From: Alphaproteobacteria bacterium | Lineage (GTDB): Bacteria > Pseudomonadota > Alphaproteobacteria > Rs-D84 | DNA: 64,000 bases | Assembly (NCBI GenBank): GCA_009783145.1 | Contig: WRHR01000004.1 | Coordinates: forward strand, 3,691 to 67,690 | Reading direction: 5' to 3' | Shown here: positions 19,247 through 28,858 of the stretch, in pieces | Layout of the letters: each line of letters begins with the position of its first letter | Position numbering within the stretch: the stretch's first letter is position 1 | Program-made: the position numbers and the translations under genes | Notes under the pieces: generated by a model | What the model was told of the DNA's origin: nothing | What the model saw: the letters and a program-made list of their open reading frames with translations, nothing else | Databases searched by the model: none

Positions 19247-19279
19247 GATTTATAACTTATCCTTTATAACTTATAACTT
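19231..19279. repeat. Inverted AAGTTAT/AAAGGAT array holding both the pheT and nth stop codons
   Basis: aagttataaaggataag ... cttatcctttataacttataactt. Confidence 0.9.
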
Positions 19280-19921
19280 GGGACACCACGGGGCAACCGG
19301 GCAATTCGCGCAGTCCGGACGCAGGGCCTTGCAGGTATATCTCCCATGCAGCACCATCACATGATTCACCATGCCGTGATATTCTTTGGGGATTAGTTCC
19401 AGCAATGCGGCCTCTACCTTTTCCGGAGTATTGCATTCTGCGCCTACCCACCCATATCGGTGCGCATTGCGGAAAACATGGGTATCCACGCCTATAAAGG
19501 GCGCGCCCCACAACACATTCATAATTACATTTGCGGTCTTTTGCCCAACCCCGGGCAGTTTCATCAATGCATCGCGGGAATGGTATTTTTGTGGGAAGCG
19601 CCAATAATTCCCCCCTCCAAGGGAGGGGGCAATTAGTGCCGCCGCCAAGCCAAGAATGCTTTTCGCCTTGTTGTTAAAAAATGAAATGACTTTGATGTGT
19701 TCTTTCAGACCTTCATCACCCAGTCGTAACATTTTTTCCGGCGTGTCTGCAACGGCAAATAAAGCGGGAGTTACCTCATTGACTTTCTTATCCGTTGCCT
19801 GCGCCGATAGAATCACTGCAACCGTGAGAGCAAATTCATTGGTGTGATACAGCTCCGTCCGGATATCCATATCAATGGTCGGCGGGACTTTTGTGAAATA
19901 AATATCGGGCGTAAGAGTCAT
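19271..19921 (-). CDS. nth: Endonuclease III
   Basis: LSAQATD, HhH LPGVGQKTA, VDTHV, C-x6-C-x2-C-x5-C. Confidence 0.97.
   Translation of the reverse strand: MTLTPDIYFTKVPPTIDMDIRTELYHTNEFALTVAVILSAQATDKKVNEVTPALFAVADTPEKMLRLGDEGLKEHIKVISFFNNKAKSILGLAAALIAPSLGGGNYWRFPQKYHSRDALMKLPGVGQKTANVIMNVLWGAPFIGVDTHVFRNAHRYGWVGAECNTPEKVEAALLELIPKEYHGMVNHVMVLHGRYTCKALRPDCANCPVAPWCPKL
19606..19634. repeat. Short CCCCTCC/GGAGGGG palindrome in frame in nth
   Basis: aattcccccctcc aag ggagggggcaatt; related to the arms of the rlmN insertion. Confidence 0.65.
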
Positions 19922-20361
19922 TCCACTTTTCCCGCGAGTTTTTCAAAATTATTGCCCGTGTAAAACTTAAAACTTTCCGGCACGAATTCCAGCACCGAAA
20001 AATCCCCGCCATCGCGCCCGTCCGGATAATACATCAGCAAGCCGTCATTCCATATCGCATGGCGTGTTTCATCGTCCAAGACTTCGTAAATCTTTCCCGC
20101 CAGCATCATTCCAGACCAATCCGCGCCGTGCGTATACAGCGTTGCGGTTGGGTTTGCGCGGATTTGCTTTATCTTATCCGTGTGAGTATTGGTAATAAAT
20201 ATCATACGGTCATGCTTTTTGAAATATTCCACCAAAGGCGGCGCGATATTTTCATTGCGCATATTAATCAGTGCGCGGGTTTCGGGTTGCGAACCATTCA
20301 TTGTTGTCAGAATCACAACGGTCTGCGCATCAAAGAATTTTAATACTTCGGACTTCTTCAT
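19918..20361 (-). CDS. Pyridoxamine 5'-phosphate oxidase-like (general stress 26) FMN-binding protein
   Basis: TNTHTDKIKQIRANP, WNDGLLMYYPDG..GDF; probable ATG at 20361. Confidence 0.8.
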   Translation of the reverse strand: MKKSEVLKFFDAQTVVILTTMNGSQPETRALINMRNENIAPPLVEYFKKHDRMIFITNTHTDKIKQIRANPTATLYTHGADWSGMMLAGKIYEVLDDETRHAIWNDGLLMYYPDGRDGGDFSVLEFVPESFKFYTGNNFEKLAGKVE

Positions 20362-20375
20362 GGTTAATCCCTTGG

Positions 20376-20842
20376 TTATAATTTGTAATTCAAAGTTGTG
20401 TTTTTGGTCGAGAATCCCCATTTCTCATAAGCCGCGATCGCGCCCTTGTTTTTCGCCGAAGCCGTTACCCTGATGTCGGTTATGTTCTTATCATGGCACT
20501 CTTTTACAAAAGCATCGAAGAACATTTTGCCAATCCCTTGGCCGCGATATGATTCCATTATAAACATATTATCCAGCTCTGCAAGATAGCCCTTGGTTAT
20601 ATTAATCCGAAAACCTATTGTTGCGGCAAAATAACCGACCGTACCCCCCCTGCATCTTTTGCAATCAGAACGAAATGGTTTTCAATCATGTCCTTGAAAT
20701 ACGCGGCACCTTCCTCGGTCAGAGGCCATTCGGGAACCAAATCCGGATCGTAATTCGCAAGTTCTAATTCAAACAACTGATTGTTCAGGTTTTGAATATC
20801 CTGCAAATCTTGCAAAGTAGCTTTTTGAATGGCGATTGACAT
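20376..20842 (-). pseudogene. GNAT acetyltransferase split by a frameshift at a G7 tract
   Basis: Adding one G at 20644-20650 joins MSIAIQKAT... to GTVGYFAA...YRGQGIGK...YEKWGF (155 aa). Confidence 0.85.
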
Positions 20843-20855
20843 TTTTATGCCTTTG

Positions 20856-21326
20856 TTATTTTGACGGCGTGCGTTCGCGCTTTGCGAATTCTGCCGGGAA
20901 GCCGGGATTAAATCCAGCGCCGGGAGTATACATGGCTGGAAAAAATTCTGCTTCATCCGGATTTATTTTTAATCCGCCCAGTCCGGTCAATACTTTGATT
21001 GCGCGGAACCTGTACAATAAGACTTCCAGCATTCGCACCTTGTATTCAAGTTCCGGTTTTTTGTAATAATGAATACTAAATCCACAGCGCTTGACCTTGT
21101 CGCCATCGAATTCTATCACTTCCATTGATATATTATAAAGACCGTATTGTTTCAACAGCTCGGCATGCCTCTCGAAGAAATTAACACCATCAATAGTGAA
21201 ATATACCTCGGCGCAACTTTCCCATTTTGCGCCTGTAATCTTGATATCGCGCAGCTTGTAGCACAGCGCGATATTGAACGGCGTCATATTTTCAACGATT
21301 TGTTGTTGTGTCGGATTGAACTTCAT
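20856..21326 (-). CDS. Hypothetical protein
   Basis: 156 aa ORF with AAGGA RBS. Confidence 0.65.
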   Translation of the reverse strand: MKFNPTQQQIVENMTPFNIALCYKLRDIKITGAKWESCAEVYFTIDGVNFFERHAELLKQYGLYNISMEVIEFDGDKVKRCGFSIHYYKKPELEYKVRMLEVLLYRFRAIKVLTGLGGLKINPDEAEFFPAMYTPGAGFNPGFPAEFAKRERTPSK

Positions 21327-21368
21327 GGTGCGTTGTCCTTTATATAGACATCCTCTCTCCGCCCCCTG

Positions 21369-24300
21369 TTAAGTTTTTCTGATTGTAACACCTAATTTTT
21401 GATTTTCAAGTGTTGTTGAAAACTCTGGCTTGCCGCCGGGCTTCAATTCAGTAATCAGGGCGTTTTCTTTTATCATGTCAGAGTGCGCCGCGATTGCATT
21501 GTTCATATCGCCGTCCGCGCAGTATTCCAAAACTATCCGGTCGGATACGTCCAGGCCCATGTCGCGGCGAGTATCCTGGATAAAGCGCAAGGCGTCGCGA
21601 GCAAGCCCTTCGGCCGCAAGTTCCGGCGTGATATTGGTATCCAATACCACGACCGCGGTATTATCCGGCAGCGCCGCGCCGGTGATCCCGGGTTTTATTG
21701 TCAGGCGAGTTTCATATTCATCGGGCAACAGCCCCCAATCGTTCGGATTAAACCCGGGCTGTTTTGAAGCGGCAATTATTTCTTTCAGTTTGCTTCCCAA
21801 TCGCGCCCCGATTTTTGGGGTGATAAGGTATACGAATGCATCGGCAACATTTGGCACATCATTTGAAAAACCAACCAATTTTACATTTAATTCGTCTCGT
21901 GTTATTTCGGTTAAGCTTAGACCAAACCCTTCCGTGCCAGATTCTCGTACAACAGTCATATGCGCAAGCGGTAATCTGTTGCGCAATCCATATTTTTCGC
22001 GCAATTGTTTTCCAACTGATACGATTGATTGAACACGACGCATAGCATCAAGCGGACTACTATAAAGACCATTCTCGGCAAATCTTTTTGTTTTTTTCTG
22101 CGGTGTTGGAAACTTTTCCAAATGCACGGATTCTTTGCCGGTCAGCGCGCGGAAAGTATAATCCGAAACAAACGGCGCAAATGGCGCGAGCAATTTGCAA
22201 AACTCTGTCAGAACAAAATATAGAGTATCAAATGCGGCTTGGTCCTCGTTCCAAAAGCGTTCGCGTGAACGGCGAATGTACCAATTATTAAGCACTTCCA
22301 AGAATCTCGTGAATTCGCGAATCGCGCGGTCTGGCGCGTATTCATCCAAAGCTGTGCGTACAATGCTAATTAATTCATCGAGCTCGGCAAGAATATATTG
22401 GTCTAACACGTTTTCGCTATTCGCTATTCGTTTTTCGCTATTCGCTTGGACATTTCCCGCATTAGCATACAGCGTAAAGAAATGATACGCATTCCATAAC
22501 GGAGTCAGGATATTCTTGATAGGCTCGTTGAAAACTGTTCCGGCTTTATCCAGCATTATCGGCTCGCACTTCATAAAATTACTACCTAATATGAAAAGCC
22601 TGACTGCATCCGCGCCGTATTTATCCATCAATATCATCGGATCTTCGTAATTGCCCAGCGACTTTGACATTTTGCGTTTATGCTCGTCCAGAATCAGTCC
22701 GTTTACAGACACAGTTTTAAACGCGGGCTTGTCAAACAAAGCGGTTGCCATAACCATCAACGAATAAAACCATCCGCGGGTCTGGTCCGGGCCCTCTATG
22801 ATATAATCCGCGGGGAATGTGGCGTTAAAACGCTCCGCATTTTCAAATGGATAATGCAGCTGCGCGAACGGCATAGAGCCGCTTTCAACCCAGCAATCCA
22901 AAACATCAGGAATTCTTTTCCAGCCGTCTTTTTCAAGCTTGTCCAATGTAGGCCGATGCAAGTCTTCGATTTTTACACCGAAAAATTCCTCCAGTTCCGC
23001 AATGCTGCCGAAAATCTTGTATTCTCCGTCGCGTTCCCATATCGGCAGCGGAGTTCCCCAGAACCGATTGCGTGAAATCGCCCAGGGCCTCGCGTTTTCT
23101 ACCCAACGCATAAATCGCTCTCCTGCGGATTTCCAATCGGTTTTCTTGGTATTCGCTATCAGGCGCTCCTGGATTTTCGGCACGTCTATGTACCAGGAAT
23201 CGGCCGCGCGATAAATCAGCTTTTCATGAGTGCGATAACTAAACGGATATGAATGCTTATATTGCTCCTTTTTTACCAAAAAGCCGGCTTTTTTGAGATG
23301 TTCTATGATTTTAGGATTTGCATCAAAGATATTTTGCCCGGCAAAATCAGCAACCTCGTCCGTGAAATTGCCATAATTGTCCACGTTCACTATGACCGGG
23401 AAAAATTGATCAATATTTTTCGCCGCCCAAAAGTCTTCCTGCCCAAATGCCGGCGCGATATGCACAATTCCCGTGCCGTCGCCGTCACTGACATAATCGG
23501 CAGCGATTACTTTATATAACTTTTCATCCGAATAATAATCAAACAAAGGCGCATATCTCAGCCCGACAAGGTCTTTGCCGTTAATTTCGCCGACTTGCTT
23601 TGCATCTTTGAATTGCTGCGCATAGGCGCCGACGCGGCTTGTCGCGATTATGTATTCATGGCCGTCGCTATCCTTCATCACGGCATATTTCATTTTCGGA
23701 TTCACGGCCAATGCGGAGTTCCCCGGCAAAGTCCAAGGCGTCGTGGTCCAGGCCAAAATCCGCCGCCCGTTTTCCAATTCAAACCAGACCGTTATGGCAT
23801 CATCGATTACGTCTTGGTATTCTTGCGCCGCTTCGGAATTCGAAAGCACAGTCCCCAGCTTCCAGTCAAATGGGTTTACGCTGAAATCTTTGTATAACAG
23901 GCCTTTTTCATAAAGCTGCTTAAGCGCCCAGATTACGGACTCCATATAGTCCTTGTCCATCGTGGCATAGCCGAAGTCCGGGCCGGTTTCGACCCAGCGG
24001 CCGGTCCGTTCGTATACGGACTTGAAGACATCGGTGTATTTCAGGACGTCGGCGCGGCACATTTCGCAAAACCCGCCGATTCCTTGCGCGGCAACAATAT
24101 CTTTGGCCAGCTTGCCTTGCGATTTTTCGACAGACTGTTCCGCCGGCAATCCATGGCAGTCCCAGCCAAGTTCCCGCAAGACATAGCGGCCGCCCATGGT
24201 TTTATAGCGGAAAACCAAATCTTTCATGGCCGAGACCCCGACATGCCCCCAGTGCGGAATGCCGTTTGCGAATGGCGGGCCGTCAAAGAAAGTGAACGGC

Positions 24301-24428
24301 GCGCCGGATTCGGTTTGTTTCAGCGACTTGTGAAAAATATCATGCTCGCGCCAGAAATTAAGAATTTGGCGCTCCAACTCTGGGAAATTCGCTTTTGGTT
24401 CGGTCTTGGGATACATATTGTTCTCCAT
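21369..24428 (-). CDS. ileS: Isoleucyl-tRNA synthetase, type 2
   Basis: DGPPFANG.PHWGH, GWDCHGLP, WTTTPWTLP, KMSKS; long C-terminus without a zinc finger. Confidence 0.95.
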   Translation of the reverse strand: MENNMYPKTEPKANFPELERQILNFWREHDIFHKSLKQTESGAPFTFFDGPPFANGIPHWGHVGVSAMKDLVFRYKTMGGRYVLRELGWDCHGLPAEQSVEKSQGKLAKDIVAAQGIGGFCEMCRADVLKYTDVFKSVYERTGRWVETGPDFGYATMDKDYMESVIWALKQLYEKGLLYKDFSVNPFDWKLGTVLSNSEAAQEYQDVIDDAITVWFELENGRRILAWTTTPWTLPGNSALAVNPKMKYAVMKDSDGHEYIIATSRVGAYAQQFKDAKQVGEINGKDLVGLRYAPLFDYYSDEKLYKVIAADYVSDGDGTGIVHIAPAFGQEDFWAAKNIDQFFPVIVNVDNYGNFTDEVADFAGQNIFDANPKIIEHLKKAGFLVKKEQYKHSYPFSYRTHEKLIYRAADSWYIDVPKIQERLIANTKKTDWKSAGERFMRWVENARPWAISRNRFWGTPLPIWERDGEYKIFGSIAELEEFFGVKIEDLHRPTLDKLEKDGWKRIPDVLDCWVESGSMPFAQLHYPFENAERFNATFPADYIIEGPDQTRGWFYSLMVMATALFDKPAFKTVSVNGLILDEHKRKMSKSLGNYEDPMILMDKYGADAVRLFILGSNFMKCEPIMLDKAGTVFNEPIKNILTPLWNAYHFFTLYANAGNVQANSEKRIANSENVLDQYILAELDELISIVRTALDEYAPDRAIREFTRFLEVLNNWYIRRSRERFWNEDQAAFDTLYFVLTEFCKLLAPFAPFVSDYTFRALTGKESVHLEKFPTPQKKTKRFAENGLYSSPLDAMRRVQSIVSVGKQLREKYGLRNRLPLAHMTVVRESGTEGFGLSLTEITRDELNVKLVGFSNDVPNVADAFVYLITPKIGARLGSKLKEIIAASKQPGFNPNDWGLLPDEYETRLTIKPGITGAALPDNTAVVVLDTNITPELAAEGLARDALRFIQDTRRDMGLDVSDRIVLEYCADGDMNNAIAAHSDMIKENALITELKPGGKPEFSTTLENQKLGVTIRKT
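22413..22447 (-). repeat. In-frame heptamer array (TTCGCTA)x5 in ileS
   Basis: Encodes ANSEKRIANSE. Confidence 0.85.
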
Positions 24429-24636
24429 AAAAAATGGGCGCGTGCGCGCCCCAGCAACCGCCAAAGGCGCATTTCTGGTTACCCTATAATGATTATATTC
24501 TTTTTGCTCATGGTATGCATTCTAATACAAGTTTTTTACGATTTCCACCATTTTTTTAATAGGAATACCTCCGCCTTGTATTAATTCGGGGAGTATCTAC
24601 AATCGTATCGGTCACTTCAAACAAAAGGAGAGAAAA

Positions 24637-25161
24637 ATGGCCTTAGAGAAAATCCTTCAGGGATATAAAGATATCGCGGACAATCAAGCCTTGCTGCAGG
24701 AAGAAGCCATGATCTGCGCGCATAAACTCAACATGAACGGCCTGAAGCGCCTGCATCGGCACAAGTCAAAAATCTTTTTCTGCAAAGGACTTGGCATAGA
24801 TTGCTTGGCCCAGGACTTCGGATTCCCGATTAAAAAATCGCAGCCCAAAGGCGGGTTTACCGCATCCGGACTGAAAGAACATCTTACCATGCTGATTCCA
24901 AAGTTCGAACAGGACATAAGCAAGCTGAAACAGCTGAATTACCAATTTATTCAGGAAACCGGAATGGAATGCGACGAAGGCGTGAAAATGCAAGAAGTCT
25001 TAACCAAGGTCTGGATGAAGATGAAATTCCGCTGGCTGCCGCGCTTCGAATTTACAAAGTGGAGCCCGCAAGACATCATGGATTGGGACAAGTACTTGCA
25101 TGATAAGTACCGCTGCCGCGAGTCGGAACACCATCACTACGAGCATTACGGTATGAAGTAA
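24637..25161 (+). CDS. Hypothetical helical protein with His-rich tail
   Basis: 174 aa; strong AAGGAG RBS; terminator follows. Confidence 0.75.
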   Translation: MALEKILQGYKDIADNQALLQEEAMICAHKLNMNGLKRLHRHKSKIFFCKGLGIDCLAQDFGFPIKKSQPKGGFTASGLKEHLTMLIPKFEQDISKLKQLNYQFIQETGMECDEGVKMQEVLTKVWMKMKFRWLPRFEFTKWSPQDIMDWDKYLHDKYRCRESEHHHYEHYGMK

Positions 25162-25166
25162 TAAAT

Positions 25167-25190
25167 AACGCCCATTCGGGCGTTTTTTAT
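25167..25190. terminator. Terminator between the ORF and tRNA-Thr
   Basis: aacgccc attc gggcgtt followed by a T tract. Confidence 0.75.
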
Positions 25191-25194
25191 TATA

Positions 25195-25270
25195 TGGTGC
25201 CGGCCACAGGACTTGAACCTGCGACCCCCTCATTACGAATGAGGTGCTCTACCAACTGAGCTAGGCCGGC
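25195..25270 (-). tRNA. tRNA-Thr(CGT)
   Basis: GCCGGCCTAGCTCAGTTGGTAGAGC..CCTCA TTCGTAA TGAGG..GGTTCAAGTCC..GGCCGGCACCA, 76 nt. Confidence 0.96.
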
Positions 25271-25313
25271 GCAGACGGCAGTTTAATATATGTTTTCCCG
25301 GATTTCCATAAAA

Positions 25314-25406
25314 ATTTACGATTTAGGATTTGCGATTTACGATTTTGTGGCTAGAATTGCAGGCATGGTTAAAAAAATCGTAAATCTTAAATCGGAAATC
25401 GTAAAT
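25314..25406. repeat. Inverted heptamer pair (ATTTACG)x4 / (AAATCGT)x4 around the mnmG start codon
   Basis: ATG at 25365 lies in the loop. Confidence 0.9.
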
Positions 25407-27122
25407 TACGATGTAATTATTGTCGGAGCCGGGCACGCGGGCGTTGAGGCTGCGGCCGCTGCTGCGCGCGTATTTAATGCTTTGGCGCGCAAGGCTTGCC
25501 CGCCGAAGCGCGAAGCGCGAAGGCGGGTTGCGCTTTTTACCAAATCGCCGGATGATTTGGGCGCTATGTCTTGCAATCCGTCGCTCGGCGGGCCCGGCAA
25601 GTCCCAGATGATTGCAGAAATAGATGCGCTGGGCGGGATTATGCCGGTTGCTGCCGATATGGCCGGGATTCATTTTCGACTGCTGAACGCAACGCACGGC
25701 GCCGCAACGCAAGCCTTGCGCGCCCAGATAGACCGCAACCGCTATCGCGTTGCGGTCAAAGAGCAAATAGCAAAGAGCAAAGAGCAAATAACGATAATTT
25801 ATGAGCCTGTTGAATTGATTGATTTAGAAAATAAAATTATAAATGGAAAATACCAAGCCAAGGCGGTCGTAATCGCGGCGGGAACTTTTTTAAATGGCGT
25901 TGCGACGCGCGGGACCGAGCGCATTCCCACAGGGCGTCTGCAAGACGACGGGGCTTATCAAAAGCCGGATGAGACTTTATCAAAAATACTCGAAAAGGCC
26001 GGCTTTAGGGTAATAAGGCTTAAAACGGGAACCCCTGCGCGCTTGTATGCCGACAGCATAGACTTTTCCAAGTGCGAGCCTCAACCAGGCGACAGCACTC
26101 ATGATTGGTTTAGCTCTGAAGTCGTAAATCGTAAATCGCAAATCATAAATTGTTTTATTACCCGCACCACTGAAGACACTCATGAAATAATTCGCCGGAA
26201 CATTAAAGACGCGCCGATGTATAACGGGACTATTGAAGGCACCGGGCCGCGGTATTGCCCTTCCATAGAAGACAAGGTAATGCGATTTCCCGAACATAAA
26301 AGCCACCATGTATTTCTGGAGCCCGAAAGCGCGTCCGGCGAAATTATTTATCCTAACGGCCTGTCCACTTCTTTTGGCGCCCAAGTTCAAGACAAATTCC
26401 TGCGTTCCGTTCCAGGCCTGGAAAATGTGCGGATAGCGCGATACGGATATGCAATAGAATATGATGCGATTGACGCGCGCGCGCTGAAATTGACCCTTGA
26501 ATCCAAAGACTGGCCCGGGATATTTTTCGCCGGACAGATCAACGGCACCAGCGGGTATGAAGAGGCGGCCGCCCAAGGCTTGGTTGCCGGCGCGAATGCT
26601 GCGGCATTTGCGACAGATGCCCAGTACCTGCAACTGGACCGTACCAACTCCATGATTGGCGTGATGATTGATGATATCACAACCATGGGAATTGACGAGC
26701 CGTATCGCATGTTTACATCCCGCGCGGAATATCGCCTGAGTCTGCGCGCTGATAATGCTACCCTGCGCCTGGGGCCGATTGCGGTCAAATTGGGATTGCT
26801 GACGCAATCCCAATTTGACGCGAAGAGCGAAGAGCGAAGAGCAAAGAGCAAAGAAATAGATAAACTTTATGACGGATATATCGCGCGCAACCAGCGCGAA
26901 ATAGAAAGATATCAGCGCGATAGAAATATCAAAATCCCCGGAGATTTTGATTACGGGGCCCTGCCCGGCCTGACTAACGAATTGCGCGAGAAGTTATTAC
27001 GCGCCAGGCCAGAGAATATAGCGGCATTATCGCGCGTTCCCGGCATGACGCCCGCGGGGATTTTAATCGTGCTTCGCGCGATTAAAAAAGTAGGAAGTAA
27101 AAAGGTAGGAGGTTTGAGGTAG
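25365..27122 (+). CDS. mnmG: tRNA uridine-5-carboxymethylaminomethyl modification enzyme MnmG (GidA)
   Basis: GAGHAG, MSCNPS, RLKTGTP, GPRYCPSIEDK, AGQINGTSGYEEAAAQG, EPYRMFTSRAEYRL. Confidence 0.97.
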   Translation: MVKKIVNLKSEIVNYDVIIVGAGHAGVEAAAAAARVFNALARKACPPKREARRRVALFTKSPDDLGAMSCNPSLGGPGKSQMIAEIDALGGIMPVAADMAGIHFRLLNATHGAATQALRAQIDRNRYRVAVKEQIAKSKEQITIIYEPVELIDLENKIINGKYQAKAVVIAAGTFLNGVATRGTERIPTGRLQDDGAYQKPDETLSKILEKAGFRVIRLKTGTPARLYADSIDFSKCEPQPGDSTHDWFSSEVVNRKSQIINCFITRTTEDTHEIIRRNIKDAPMYNGTIEGTGPRYCPSIEDKVMRFPEHKSHHVFLEPESASGEIIYPNGLSTSFGAQVQDKFLRSVPGLENVRIARYGYAIEYDAIDARALKLTLESKDWPGIFFAGQINGTSGYEEAAAQGLVAGANAAAFATDAQYLQLDRTNSMIGVMIDDITTMGIDEPYRMFTSRAEYRLSLRADNATLRLGPIAVKLGLLTQSQFDAKSEERRAKSKEIDKLYDGYIARNQREIERYQRDRNIKIPGDFDYGALPGLTNELREKLLRARPENIAALSRVPGMTPAGILIVLRAIKKVGSKKVGGLR

Positions 27123-27240
27123 GAGGTAGAAAATAAGAGAGTAAAAATTTTTTCTTTCAGTTTATAGAATTTATCTTTAATTACCAACTTCCTACCTCAA
27201 ACCTCCTACCTCAAACCTCCTACCTCCTACCTTTTTACCT
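27088..27240. repeat. Inverted AGGTAGG/AGGTTTG heptamer arrays spanning the convergent mnmG and sspB ends
   Basis: Arms 27088-27130 and 27184-27240; each contains one gene's TAG. Confidence 0.9.
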
Positions 27241-27685
27241 TCCTTCTATAAGCATCCAACGAAATCACGCGGCCGTCGTCGCCCGGCGCATCCGAATCCA
27301 GCGGCAATTCCAAATCGTTTCCGGCATCCGGGGCGGCTTTCGGCTGAAAAGTCAAAATGAAATCCACGCTGGTGTCTTTGAATTCCAGCATGGAATCGAA
27401 CGGTACGCGGATATAAAACGGCCGCCCGTCGAATGTCAGAGTCACGCCGAACTCGTCGTCCGACACGTTCAGATTGGAATAGGAATACTGCAGGACGATC
27501 GTCATCACTTCCGGATAGCGCATCCGCAGAAAGTCCGGAATCACGACGCCCGGATCTCGCGTCCCGAACGTGATATAAAAATTGGCATTATCGCCCAGCC
27601 CGTTGACTTGCGCATGGCGCAGGGCGTCGCGTACGACGACTTTTAATGCGCGCTCCAAAAGCTGAGGATAATTTATTTTTTTCAT
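27227..27685 (-). CDS. sspB: ClpXP specificity factor SspB (alphaproteobacterial type)
   Basis: FYITF.T..PGV.IP..L..RYPEVMTIVLQ; C-terminal VISLDAYR. Confidence 0.9.
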   Translation of the reverse strand: MKKINYPQLLERALKVVVRDALRHAQVNGLGDNANFYITFGTRDPGVVIPDFLRMRYPEVMTIVLQYSYSNLNVSDDEFGVTLTFDGRPFYIRVPFDSMLEFKDTSVDFILTFQPKAAPDAGNDLELPLDSDAPGDDGRVISLDAYRRKVKR

Positions 27686-28767
27686 GATTTAATCCTACAA
27701 TCTATACGGCCATCCATGCAAGACACAATTAAGGCGTTGTTAACGCCGTTGAATGAATCCGAATTTGCCCCGGTCATCCAGATTTGGGCCGGCGATGCAT
27801 CCAGTCGCGCGAACAAGTCCCGGATATTGTCGCCGTCCAGATGGGCAACCGCCTCGTCCAAAAGGATAACGACGGGAGTACTGGTGCGCGCGTACAGAAG
27901 CTTTGCGTTTGCGATAATCAGCAGCAGCAGCAGTTTTTTCTGCTGGCCTGCGGACATCATCCCGGCGTTCATATCAATGTCGCTGCGGAACATTGAGAAG
28001 TCGGATTTATGCGCGCCGTCTATGACCATCTTGTCGGCGATAATCGTACGGTTTGCCGCAAGATAGGTCGCGTATTCTTTTTCGGCGTCAACGCAGTTGG
28101 CGCCGCCCGCCAGACGCGATTCGAACCAGCCGGATAGGACTATGCGGGCGTTGGTTTCGGCCTGCAGAAAGTGATTCAGCTGCGCCGCATACGCGACGCG
28201 CGCGGCCGCGACAGATGCGGCCGTAGCCGCCAACTGGGATTCGATAGCGTTTAACCATGTCGCGTCAGCGCCGCTTTTGAGCGCGAACGCGCGTTCGGAT
28301 AATAACTTGGCAAGACGTGCAACGCGTCCGGAATGAACCGGATCAAAACCGGCCGCCATGCGGTCCAGAAATGCGCGCCGGTCGGATGCGGATTCCGCAA
28401 ACAGGCGGTCTTCTTTCGGCGTCAGCCATACAAGGCGCAGGAACTTAGACGCGGCGGCAATGGGCGAGGCATCGCCGTCAACGCGCAGTTTTCGCCCGGC
28501 ATCCGGCGCCGAGTATGAAACCGAAAGATTGGTTTCGTTTTCCAGCTCCGCATTTACCGCAAATGAACTGTCCCCTTGTATACGGGCGATTTCCGCACCC
28601 GCGGCGCCGCGCAGTCCGCCATTGTTGGATAGCATGGATATAGCTTCCAATATGGCGGTTTTTCCACTGCCGTTGGGGCCGGTAATTACTATATTTTTGA
28701 AGCCCGCGGAATTTATGCGGCCGAATTCATGATTGCGGAAATTGGTAAGCGTCAGAGTATCGAACAT
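27682..28767 (-). CDS. recF: DNA replication/repair protein RecF
   Basis: NFRN, GPNGSGKT, RRAFLDR, SAGQQK, LLDE..AHLD. Confidence 0.92.
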   Translation of the reverse strand: MFDTLTLTNFRNHEFGRINSAGFKNIVITGPNGSGKTAILEAISMLSNNGGLRGAAGAEIARIQGDSSFAVNAELENETNLSVSYSAPDAGRKLRVDGDASPIAAASKFLRLVWLTPKEDRLFAESASDRRAFLDRMAAGFDPVHSGRVARLAKLLSERAFALKSGADATWLNAIESQLAATAASVAAARVAYAAQLNHFLQAETNARIVLSGWFESRLAGGANCVDAEKEYATYLAANRTIIADKMVIDGAHKSDFSMFRSDIDMNAGMMSAGQQKKLLLLLIIANAKLLYARTSTPVVILLDEAVAHLDGDNIRDLFARLDASPAQIWMTGANSDSFNGVNNALIVSCMDGRIDCRIKS

Positions 28768-28858
28768 TGCCGTGAAATGATAGAAAATTCGGGCGTTTTT
28801 TTCAATGGATAAAATTTAAGTTGAAAGTCCGGCTTGCATTCGGTATGATTGAAGCCTT

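Noticed and set aside
24429..24497. T-box riboswitch upstream of ileS
   Set aside because: Too short, with no GGTGGNACC T-box or stem I. Kept only as an unclassified leader.
25290..25364. Extended MnmG N-terminus in the ORF track
   Set aside because: It is a translation of the left array arm. ATG 25365 is closer to the conserved start. The pheS start (16139 vs 16190) remains ambiguous.
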